Made by a program: the position numbers and the translations under genes. 64,000 nucleotides of DNA, from the NCBI GenBank assembly GCA_946965045.2, contig OX337231.1, forward strand, positions 2,480,001 to 2,544,000. Reading direction: 5' to 3'. Below are positions 35,628 to 48,577 of the stretch, in pieces (the stretch's first letter is position 1; each line of letters begins with the position of its first letter). The DNA comes from Epithemia pelagica (Eukaryota > Protista > Bacillariophyta). The notes beneath the pieces are model-generated. The model searched no databases. It was not told where the DNA came from and saw nothing but the letters and a program-made list of their open reading frames with translations.

Positions 35628-38600
35628 ATGGATCCTCAATCACCCAAGACACCTACGACTCCTAAGGGAGAAGATAACCAAGACAATGTCTCGAACACAG
35701 ACCTATTCGACCACATCATATTTACTGTTTGCCAATTCTTTACCAAGGAAAGAGCCGACTACTTAATGAAGTGGATGAAATACCATGGTTTTGAGAACAT
35801 TACCCATGTTATCTCGTATATGCAAACTAATACCGAGGAATCCATGAACGAACTGACCCAATACAAGGTCAACAAACAGACACATGATCTACAAGGCCCC
35901 ACAAGACAGCAGATCAAGCTCTTGGCTTATTGGGCCATATACAAGACCAATGAAATTCAAGACGAGCTATCCAATAGCGACTGGATGAACCTAACGAGGA
36001 GAGAGTTCAACACTTGGAGGATCAATACAGATTTCTCTAAGGGACCACCTAGCCAAGTTCCAGTCTCGCCAATGAAGTCACCGTCATCTGCGAAATCTGT
36101 CAGCACAGTTACTGCCGCATCCCAATCTCAACAAGACCTTACGGCATTCAGAAAGGGAACTAAGCGCGACGCGACTGCGTACAAGGTATTCAAGGATGAA
36201 CGATACTACGATTCATTCTGGCGTGTATTCAAGACTACAGCTAAGGCTCAAGGCCTATCCAACGTTCTGAATTTCAAATACACACCACCCCATGATGATG
36301 AGTATGCCGAAGAACTTTTTCAAGAGCAACAAGTATTTCTTTACTCCGTTCTTGTCCGTATCATTCAGACTGACCAAGGTCGAGCCTATGTACGTGAACA
36401 CGAACATGATGAAGATGCACGTGCCGTATTGCAGAAGTTACACTCTTTGCATACCGAATCCGACCTAGCAAAACGAGAAGTCCTCCGTTTAACCAACTAC
36501 ATTTCCAATCTACGTCTTGACGACACATGGCGCGGAACAACACGTCAATTTCTTCTACACTTTCAAGAGCAGCTACGTCTGCTAGACAATCTAGTGACGT
36601 TATCTGATCGCATCCCTGATCATACCAGGATGACCTTTCTCATGCAAGCTGTAGAAAAGGTACCTGATCTCCGCCGAGTCAAGATCTTGGATAATGTGGT
36701 GAACACCAAATCCGGTGCAAAATCCCTTTGCTATCAATCATACTTCCGTCTCCTTCTAGACGCAGCTTATGACCATGATCAAGCAACCCAGTCATCTGTT
36801 CATAGTCGCCGTCGACATGTCAAACAACATGAATCACTATATGGCCAAGATACAGATGCTGACATAACCTCACAAGATGATATGGAGTATCATGTCCACA
36901 ACACCAAAGTGACATCTGAATCTCCATCCTCTTCGTCCAAGGTTAGTCTACCGCGTGACCTATGGTTCAAACTTTCTGAAGAAGATCGCAAGTTGATCAT
37001 TGAGTATAACAAGATGATTCAAGCACCTTCATCAACAACACCGAGGAAAGTGCAAACACATGCCCTCAACATTGATCCGGAACCTGATCCTGACCCCAAC
37101 CAAGTTGCATCTGATGACGACTCACCTGGCGCAGTCCCTGAGCATCCAGATGATTCAGATCCGGTTACACAATTTATCAACCAAGCCATGACGACTGATA
37201 TCAATCACCCGGCAACTGACCTGACTAGTGTTCTTTCTAACGCCAAGTCCAAGACGAGCAAGAAGGTTACTTTCAAAGCCAACATGCATAAACAAGCAGG
37301 ACATGTTCCACGCTATTTGTTTTCCAGGAAATCTACTTTACCAGGAAATCAATTGATTGACCGTGGTGCTAATGGAGGACTTGCTGGTTCTGACGTGCGC
37401 ATCCTTTCTAAGACTGGCCGCCATATCACTATTGTGGGTATTGATAACCATGAACTTACTGGACTTCCTTTCGTCACATGTGCCGCAAAGTTTGAGACCA
37501 ATGATGGACCTATTGTCGGCATCTTCAATGAATATGCTTATTATGGAAGGGGCTTATCTATCCATGCTCCTGGTCAATTCGAGCATTTCGGACTTGCTGT
37601 TGATGAACGATCTGTTAAAGTTGATGGTAAACAACGCATCACTACACTTGATGGTCGTGCTATACCCCTTCACATCAAGGATGGGTTAGCCTACATCCAC
37701 TCCTTGGGTATCCCCAGCGACGATGACATGAATACCTTACCTCAGATCATCTTCACGTCACCCGACACATGGGATCCTGGTGTTCTGGACCATTCGCATT
37801 CTCCCACACCCTCTGACACTGATCCTGATTGGAAACACGTCAAGACTGATGGTAGTATGTCGAACCATCCATATGACAACTATGGGGAGTACACTGATCG
37901 TGTTGTTTGTAACCTCAATCTCCTTTTGGATCTCCCATACGATCATGGACCTGACGACGCACCCTTCTTTTCTATCTATGCTGACGCAGAAGGTAATGAT
38001 CCTACACTTCATGCCTCTGTCCACCGTCCTTACCAGGAAGCGTATGACTGGAAGAAGTTCCGTCCATTCTTTGGTTGGCAATCTGAAGATGTTATTGCCG
38101 ATACGTTCAAGCACACTACACGTAATGGTAGCATTACTTTTGACCACGACACCCTCAAGAAACATTTCAAGGCTCGCAATCCGGTCCTTAATATACCTCG
38201 ACGTCATGAACCCGTTGCTACTGACTCGGTTTTCTCCAACACCCCTGCTGTTGACCATGGCGGTAAAGTCGCACAAATCTTTGTTGGTCGAGATACTCTG
38301 GTTACTGATATCTATGGGATCAAGTCGACCAAACAGTTTGTCAATACTCTTCAGGACAACATCCGGTTTCGTGGTGCCATGGAGACTCTTATCAGTGATG
38401 GTGGTTCATCTCTCATCTCTCAAAAGGTCAAAGACAATCTTCGCACTTTGCTTATTGGGGAGTATCGATCCGAACCTTATCATCAACACCAGAATAAGGC
38501 TGAAAACCGTTACCAGACCGTCAAACGTATGACCAACGCTCTCATGAATGCCACTGGTTGCCCTGCCAACACCTGGCTTCTTTGCCTTGAGTATGCCTGT

Positions 38601-41315
38601 GACTTATTGAACCATACATCATCACCCACCCATTCCGGTCGCACTCCTCTTGAGGCTCTCTCCGGACGCCCACCCGACATTACTCATCTCTTGTTCTTTC
38701 CTTTCTGGGATGAGGTTTACTACCGTGTCGACCCCGCTGAACCCAATTCTGGTTCATATCCATCTTCTCCTGATGAGAAACTTGGCCACTGGGTTGGTTT
38801 TGCTCACAACGTTGGTGATTCTTTTACTTGGAAGATTCTCACCCAGGATAACCAGATAATCTACCGTTCTGCCGTTCGCCGTGTTGAATCCACTACACCT
38901 AACCTACGTGTGGATCGACCTTCAGGGGAGGATTCGTCTGAGAAGGATGACAATGATAAGCAAGCTGACACTGTCTTCATTCGCAGTGATAGTGAAGATC
39001 CATCCAAACCAATGCCCACGATTGATTTTGACGACATGATAGGACGCACATTTCTATGAGACACAGAAGAAAATGGGGAGCGACACCGTGCACGTGTCAT
39101 CAAACGAGTCATTGATCTTAATGAAGAAGCAACGAAACAGGAAGAACGTGCCAAGTACATCTACCGAAAGACAAATTCTGATGTTGATGAGATGATATCC
39201 TATAATCAACTCATGGAGTATATCGAACGAGATAACCAAGCTCAAACCTCTGGAGATAATCTTTTCAGGTTCAGGTACGTCATTGCCCATCAAGGCCCAC
39301 TGAACACAACTGATCCAGATTACAAGGGGAGCAAATATAATTTGCTTGTTGATTGGGAAACTGGGGAGACTACCTATGAACCTTTATCACTCATCGCCAA
39401 TGATGATCCGATCACTGTCGCAATTTATGGAAAGAAACATGGTTTACTCAACGAACCTGGATGGAAGCATTTGAAACGTTATGTCAAAACAAGCAAACGT
39501 CTCATTCGAGCAGCCAAACAGTCAAGAATTAAACAAGTTCACCATTCCGTCAAGTATAAGTTTGGATTCCAAGTACCACGCAATTATGAGGAAGCTGTTG
39601 CTCTTGATAAACAACATGGCAACACAAAGTGGCAGGATGCAGCAGAATTAGAATTGTCACAGATCCAGTCCTACAAGACATTCAAGGATTTTGGGAAAGC
39701 CATCTTCATTAAAGGGAAAGTATCCAATGCACCTGAAGGATATCATAAGATACGTGTACATCTTGTCTTTGACGTAAAACATGATGGACGACATAAAGCA
39801 AGACTTGTCGCAGATGGACATCTCACAAAAGAACCTGTCGAGACAATCTATTCAGGTGTTGTTTCCATTCGCAACCTCCGCATTGCCTTATTCCTGGGTA
39901 CTTTGAATGACTTGGAAATATGGGGAGCAGATATTGGAAACGCATATCTGGAAGCCTTGACAGGGGAGAAAATCTTCATTGTCGCAGGACCTGAATTCAA
40001 GGAATTAGAAGGTCACATCCTGATTATATACAAGGCACTTTATGGATTGAAGTCATCAGGCGCACGCTGGCATGATGTCTTATTCGATGTTTTGACCGAC
40101 ATGGGATTTTCACCAGGCAAAGCAGATCCGGATATCTGGATGAGGAAAGCACCTGGAGAAGACTGTTACGAATACATTGCCGTATACGTTGATGACTTAG
40201 CCATTATTTCTACTGATCCTGGGAATATCTGTAAGATCCTGAAGGAGAAATACAACTTCAAACTCAAAGGAGACGGACCTATTGATTTCCACTTGGGATG
40301 TTGTTACACCAAGGATTCTGATGGAACACTAGTAGCAGATCCAAGACGCTACATTGGTAAGATGATGGACACTTTCGAACGAATCTTCAAGGAGAAACCC
40401 AAGAAAGCCAAAACACCTCTTATTGGTGGAGACCATCCTGAATTGGATGATTCTGAGCTCCTTGATGAAGAAGGTACTAGTCATTTCCAAACTCTGATTG
40501 GACAACTCCAATGGGTGATCACTATTGGTCGTTTCGACGTCTTCACCGCTACAATGACGCTGTCACGCTTTCGTGCTGCTCCGAGGAAAGGACATCTTGA
40601 TAGAGCCAAGCGTATCTATGGATACCTTACACATCTCCCAGAAGGCGCAATCAGATTTAGGATTGGAGAGCCTGATTATTCAAGTCTTCCTACCCAAGAA
40701 TTTGATTGGACTCGCACTGTCTATTCGAATGCAAGTGAACGTATTCCTGAAGACTGCCCAACACCTCTTGGTCGCTATGTTACCACAACTCATTATGTTG
40801 ATGCCAATCTCATGCATGACATAGTCACTGGTAAATCCGTCACTGCTGTTCTACATTTGTTGAACGGAACACCTATTGACTGGTACAGCAAGAGACAGAG
40901 CACGGTGGAAACTGCTACCTATGGATCCGAGTTTGTGGCTACAAGGACAGCAATAGATCAGATTACAGAATTACGACATTCTTTCCGCTACCTTGGAGTA
41001 CCTATCCGAGAGCGAAGTAACATGTACGGAGATAACAGATCTGTTGTGCTCAATGCAACCATCCCTCACTCCATACTATCCAAGAGACACCATCTTCTGT
41101 CATACCACCGAGTTCGTATAGCAATTGCAGCAAAATATGTTGCATTCTACTGGAAAGATGGAAAGAACAACCCTGCCGATATCCTTAGCAAACATTGGGA
41201 TTTCGTATCTATTTGGCCCATGCTCAAGCCATTTTTGTTTTGGAAAGGAGAAGTTCAAGACCTCAACAAATCCAATGATGACAAGGCTGAAACGACAAGT
41301 TGTGGGGAGTGTTAG
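35628..41315 (+). pseudogene. Copia gag-pol polyprotein with one in-frame TGA at 39057-39059
   Basis: Gag FRKGTKRD, protease LIDRGANGG, integrase ATDSVF...HQNKAE, RT YGLKSSG/YVDD, RNase H YVDANL; frame continues FL*DTEENGERHRAR into the 39192 ORF. Confidence 0.9.
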
Positions 41316-42093
41316 AATTCTCACCGTCTATGGTGGTTAGACTCTACATCTCATCGATTCCCCATGTCACATAGCCCCGTGCTATCGCATCATGCCATCT
41401 AGCTTCGAGCTATGTTCCCTAGCTTCGCGCTATATCGACCTATATTTCTTCCCAAATCATGAAAAGTGAGAATAGATTGACGAACTCACTCTCAAGACTA
41501 AACTGGGTCGTGCGGTATTACAACGGACGTAAATTTGGCCGTTGCTCGGACATTATACTAACGCCCTAAGCGTACGCGCCCGAAATCATCGAGCGCGCCC
41601 AAGCGACATCCGAGCGCCGTCGGCATCTATCCGACCCAACGGTCTAAGTATCCCAAGCATGACACACGATCACACGAGACCATATTTCCATTCCCACAAT
41701 CTCCAAATTGTCAACAAGCTGCGCGCCATGAAAACAACTATGCCAACCCAAAGCAAGAGCTGTTGACCCTGTATATGTTATCCGTCCACATATACATGTC
41801 ATATACATCACGTGAATCAACTCCAACTATTCCAAACCTGTTGCCGCCAAGAACCTATGACACACGACCCTTGGCAGGACCGAACATTTCACGTAGACCT
41901 ATCGTAGTAATCAACACACAATCTAACAATATCACCATTTATCACATCCTCTTTTGTGTCCCGACTATCCTTTTGATAGACTACGACTTGCTTTCCTCTC
42001 TTACCCGTGGAGAGGTTTGTATCGGTTGGTGACTACCTGATTGTCTGCTCTACCGAGCATCAACGCCACTGCAATTCCAAGAGAATTGTAACA
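41310..42093 (+). repeat. 3' LTR
   Basis: Matches 33708-34491. Confidence 0.96.
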
Positions 42094-44299
42094 GAGACAT
42101 CACAGCGCTCACGAAAAGCAGGTATGGAAATGAGCAACGGCGACATTTCCTTAAAGTGGGTTGCGACAAAACGAGTGCAAGTCCGCTTTATGTCTTCCGA
42201 AATTTCACCAAGCCATCGATTCAAAATACCAAATCCATTGCAGTACAAACAAAAAAGCTGCTTCAGAATGCAACAACAAAACAAGCTGGTGACAGCTCTA
42301 CGGGGACGACTACGAATCCAACAACGCTGATAAAAACCCCATCTCCAAGGCGGCGCAGAAGTAGCATCCTGAAGAGGCCAAGAGGAGCAGCTGATGATGA
42401 CAAGAGGACGCAAAAGCGAGTTTCTCTCTCCAGTGAGACATTGGAGAATGAAAGAAAACGAGCGATGAGAATGGAGAACAATTCAAAGATCACCACTCCT
42501 GCTACCAACCAGAACAACAACAAGCAGCACGTGAGCCGGAATCAACTCATCAAGCAACAGCTGATTTGCCATTTGTTTCCGAAAGTCTTTAAGCCGGAGT
42601 TCTTTGATGTGATGGAAGAATACTTTTTGGAATCCGAATCTTTTGAGGAGCAAGATCTTGCTGGTGCCCTCGCCTCCGTCATGAAAGTACTGTATGAACA
42701 CAACGAGAGAGAAAGAGGCGAAATGTTGGGGGGTCAAAGTTTTATGACCCCCAATCAAAAATTGAGCACACCTACGTTGCATGCCTATGGAATTGACACA
42801 ACAAACAAACGCGTGGTTAGTGATCTTGTGCGAGACCTTGTCACTCTATCTGACAAGCGAAGAAAGCACGATGTGCTCACGACCCGGATGTCTAACGGTA
42901 GGATGGTATCTTTGGTTCGGATACCAAAATCTACCAATTTGAAAAGCTTCCATGAGCAAGACAGACACTTCAAGTGGATTGATCAAGTCTTGGAAGCACT
43001 CGGGAAACAAAACGACAGGCCGCGGAAGGTGTTGAAGCCGAGTACAGATGTGCAAAATGACGAGGTAGATGAGCTAGAGGAGGATCAGTTAGAGGAGGGG
43101 CAAGAAGAGGAGCTGACCGACATGGAGTATACGGCAAAGAATCTCTTTGCCCATCTCGGCAAGAGATTTCCGAATGGGGTCAAGGAGGCAGTGAAACAAC
43201 AAAAGTTTGCGTGTGTTGCAATGGACCCGGTTGCAACGTTTGCCTGTGGTCGGACGCAAACATAAACTACTCGCAGGCAAGACTGATTGCACGTCACCTC
43301 AAGTACTGGTTCGGATGTCCCCTGGTTAGCTCACCTGATGAGCTAAAGAGAGTCCTAGTAACTAAGAAGGCTGTGGCACCGGAATGCAATACGCTACAAT
43401 TAAACAACGAGTCAATCGAATGGAGTGTGCAAGATGCAACACAGGTATTGCTTTACTTTTGCGATACTGTGTTTAATCGAGCTGACACTCGACAGCATTG
43501 GACCTCTATTGATATGGTTGTGTCGGCCGACCATGGGAAAGGCTTCTCTCGTGCCCATGCGGTCTTAATTTGTCGGAAACATGACCCTAGCTCAAATAAG
43601 TGGACGGAACACAAAGACTCCTACAGTCTAGCAGATGCTAGGTGCAAGAAGGACACCTACGAGATCCTGAAAAGCACCTACATGCCAAAACTAGACAGTG
43701 CGCTAAGTCAGTTGACAGAGAAAGGCGGTATCGACGTGTGGAAGCGAGCCCAACTAAATGAAAATGAAGAGTGGTACTACTCAAGGCTTGCGGGGTCACA
43801 TCCTGACCAACCTAGCGACACACGCTTCTATGGAGGACTCCCAGTAGAAGTGTTCTTGGCAGGAGACCTAGCCCAAATTATGACCAACTATGGGCGAGAA
43901 GGCATGTCTAGCTGCTGGTGTGCCTTTTGTCAGCTGACAAAGGCAGAATGGCAGCCACTTAGTCATGCTCGAGGCACAAAGTGGTCGCTTGCGACAATGA
44001 AGGCCCAGCTTGAATACAACAAAACGCTCGATGAGAATGCAAAGGGTGCCCTGCGAAAGGGAATAAAAAATGTGCCTTTGCTTACTGCCGTGGATGTGTG
44101 TCATGTGTCAATGCCTGTTCTCCACATCAAGTTGGGCGTTGTGAACAAGGCTCTAGATTGTTTGTACAGTGATCTCCAGGCTGCCTGTGAGATCTACACA
44201 GCAGCCTGGATCGATCTTGAAACGGAATGGCTCAGATGGAAAAAGGAAGAAGAACAAGTGGTGAGCGAGCTGATGGAAATCACGCGGCAGAAACAGGAA

Positions 44300-45157
<858 letters not shown>

Positions 45158-46539
45158 GTTCCGGATGAGCACATTGCAGCTGAGATTGCTTTGTTGAAAC
45201 AAAGCCTGAAGGAGAAGGATGGTGAGCGGAAGGCAAGGGCAAAGTTGGTTAAAGAAGCAAAACTTGAATGGGACAAAGAGAAGAGTGTCCCTGAGAACTC
45301 ACGAAAGCATGGACAACCAGTCTATCGCAAGTTCGAAGAGATCGAGCGTGCCCATGGAATTGACAGGGCAGCGTTTCATGGGGGTGCTCTGCAAGGCAAC
45401 CCCTGCAGCACAGTGTTGGTTGATTGGAAGTTTATCTTCGAAGAGATTTGGGTCTACGTCCGGGACCTCCCGGACGAACAGAAATGGGTGGATAATGCGA
45501 CAATCAAAAGGGTGATTGATGCCTATGAACGATTGATGGGGCATCTCGATGCCACTTTTTCTATTTTGCAGACGCCTCGGAATCACATCACGCCACAACA
45601 GGTGCTCCACTTAGAGCATCATTTGAAGCATGCTTCTTCGGTATGGCGAGCACTCGACATCCTAATTTCACCCAAGATGCACATTTTGGAAGACCATGCA
45701 CTTGACGCAGTGAAACGGTACGGCGGAATTGGTGATTTGGGTGAAGATGAAGGCGAGCGCGCCCATCAGACTGGGGCGCAGATGGAAAGCCGCATGAAGT
45801 CTCTAAACCATTCAACAAAGGGGCAAGTTGTAGCTCAGTTGGAGGTGATGACAAAGAATGACGCAGTGCAAGACAGGCTTGTTGCAGTCACGAAAGCGGT
45901 ACAACGGAACGTGAACAGGAGAAATGGTGAGGGGGGTGATCAAGAAGCCCCCAAATCCTACAAAGGCAACAAGCACAAGGCCTTGCGTGACTCTGAGCGG
46001 GTGGCACTTCTATTGATGTTCGCTATCCAAGAGGAGAAGTACCCCCGACTTGATGAACTACGACACCAAAAGCTGCTTCAATCGGAATCACAATAGCTAC
46101 CATAATCGCATGTAAGGAATACTAAGTAAGGTTTTGGTTAATGACTAAGCTTTCTCTAGTACAAGTCCCCGCTTCGGGAAACCACTGTCACGGCACGCTG
46201 TTTTTAGGAGCTTGAAAGACTCATGGTGCCCCTTGATGGTGAAGCGAAGCATCTCCAACGTGACATCGGTCTCCTTCATGTCCCAAAGGCAATGGAACGA
46301 CTGCGAAGAACTCGAGTCCCTCGTGTCCATTGCGTTGACTCCGGACACGAAAGACATCCCAAGCCAACACTTCATGGGACAGAAATGTCTTATGGACCAG
46401 CGTTTTGTCGGCGCCGGTGTAAGACACTTGAAAGCCATGCCCAAAGTTTGTCTTGCCGACAAAGAGAGCGGCACTGTGGCTCCGAGTCCACATGTGATCC
46501 TCTGAATCACGGTCTACTATTCCGACCTCAAACATTCCA

Positions 46540-47250
46540 CCAGTCAATCTCATTGTTGTTGCGTCGTTTTTGCCGCCACCAGCAGTCCTGTTCTTTTCCG
46601 TTGCTTCTGCCACGGGGGCGTGTGTTGTCGTGGCTTGTGTCGTTGTCGTTCTTCTTCTTGTTGTTTGAGGTCAGCGTGGTTGCTTGCGTTGTCGTTGTAT
46701 ATGTTGTTGTTGTCGTCGCGGCTTGTGTTGCTACTGTTGTTGTTGCCACGGCTTGTCTTGACGTTGTTGCTGTTGTCTTCGTCGCGGGTTGTGTTGTCGT
46801 CGTCGTTGTTGTCGTCGCTTGTTGTCGCGGGTTGTGTAGTTGGTGTTGTTGTTGTTGTTTCCTGTCAGCGTCGTGGATTGTGTTGTTGTTGTCGTTTGTT
46901 GATGTCGCAGTGGTGTGTTGTTGTTGCCACGGCTTGTCTTGACGTTGTTGCTGTTGTCTTCGTCGCGGGTTGTGTTGTCGTCGTCGTTGTTGTCGTCGCT
47001 TGTTGTCGCGGGTTGTGTTGTTGGTGTTGTTGTTGTTGTTTCCTGTCAGCGTCGTGGATTGTGTTGTTGATGTCGCCGTGGTGTGTTTTGTTGTTGTTGT
47101 TGTTGTTTGTTGATGTCGCCGTGGCGTGTTTTGTTGTTGTTGTTGTTTGCTGTCAGCTCCGTGGTCCGTGGATTGGGTTGTTGTTGTTGTCGTCGTCGTC
47201 GTCAAAGTTTGTTTGTTGTGTTAGTTCCGTCGCCGTCCTCGTCCTTGGCT
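46540..47250. repeat. GTT/GTC-rich low-complexity region with a 181-bp-period duplication
   Basis: TGTTGCCACGGCTTGTCTTGACG at 46741 and 46922. Confidence 0.8.
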
Positions 47251-48321
47251 GCTGGCGAGGACGATGGAGTGGCCTCCTGCGCTGTTTGATTGTTGCATCT
47301 TGCATCACCATGTGCTTCGCTCTCTCATCATTCCCGATTGTGGAATGATTGTTGATATCCAAAAAGTGGGAACGCCGTTCCCACAGGTCAAGCACGTGTG
47401 CAGTCTTGTTGTGGACAAGGCGGGAAGCGCACGCAAGCTCTTCTGCACATGGTGGAGAAGCACTTCGTTTGATTGTTGCATCTCTTCACTTTTTGGAAAC
47501 CACGCAAGCAGATGAGCAGAAGCAACCGGATGGATATTGCCTCACGGCAATCCTGAAGGACCAAGCTTCAGGCACCACTGCTGTCCTCAATGGTGTTGCC
47601 ACTGATGGCATTGTCGTGTCGTCATCGTCGTCTTCGTCGCCTTTTTCGTTTTCTGTGGAGAACTTCACAGGTGAGAAACACGTTGTACACTTGTCTCTGC
47701 TGTTTCACGTACTTACCTTTTTGTTGTATCGGTTCCAGGAACCATTTGCATCGACGATGACTGCTGGAAGCTTGTTTACCTCGACCAGCGTCACCGTTCG
47801 ATGCAATCCAAAGACCCGTTGAGCATCATTGCCTTCAAGATGAAGGATGCTGAACGCACGGACCGCGGGGTTGGTACCATTCGCGAAGGAGAAGGAGAAG
47901 GAGAAGAAGAAGCCTCAACTGACAAGTCGTCGGACGATGGTGTTGTGTACACCAAGGACTCATTTTCTCAGGATGTCACCATGATGCAAGACGAGCGCCT
48001 TCTCAAGGCTTTTGACTTGATGAGCCCTGATTCACGACATGAACGTGAAGAGGATGATGAGTTACAGAAGAAGAAGAAGAAGAAGTGGAACAACAACAAC
48101 AACAACAACAACAGTAATGATAGCGATGACTCACCTTTGTTTGCTCGTCGGTCGACGCGACGCAACAACAAAAAGAAGAACTAATCACAGGTGGTGGGGC
48201 AGCCGTTCATGATTCTTGTTTGATTGTTGAATAATGAACCAACCCGCCAGGAAAAAGGAGTAGTAGTAGTGAGCAGTGCACGTTGTTGACATGTCTGTTG
48301 TTGTGCTCGTTCATATCCGTA

Positions 48322-48519
48322 GTTGTCTGTCGTGCGCACGTCGTGACGCGGCAGGAGTTCGGGAGCAGATGTTCAGACATCAGATGGACGGGCACGCGCA
48401 GAGCGCGCACACGGCCACGGTCGGCGCGCAACTTTCGTTGGAGCTGGAGAGCAGAACATCAGCATCAGAGTCGAGCTCACAATCTTGGGATAGTGAGCAA
48501 AGACACGAACTTTGCCATC
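48322..48519 (+). repeat. Terminal repeat A1 of YR element 1
   Basis: Starts GTT; matches 55956-56153. Confidence 0.92.
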
Positions 48520-48577
48520 TCAAGTGCAAGCTCTCGAGATAGATAGCGTTCTAAGAGATTCAAAACTGTTGTTGACT

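Larger units (their letters stand above)
33708..42093 (+). mobile_element. Full-length Ty1/Copia LTR retrotransposon (CoDi-like)
   Basis: 784-bp LTRs (TG...CA), 5-bp TSD GAGAC (33703-33707 and 42094-42098), PR-IN-RT-RH order, purine tract GTGGGGAG before the 3' LTR. Confidence 0.96.

Noticed and set aside
46145-48184. Possible spliced gene(s) after the transposase (e.g. + strand 47349-48184 with a GTGAGA...TTCCAG intron)
   Set aside because: Plausible splice signals on both strands, low-complexity translations and no recognisable domain; strand and product cannot be supported.
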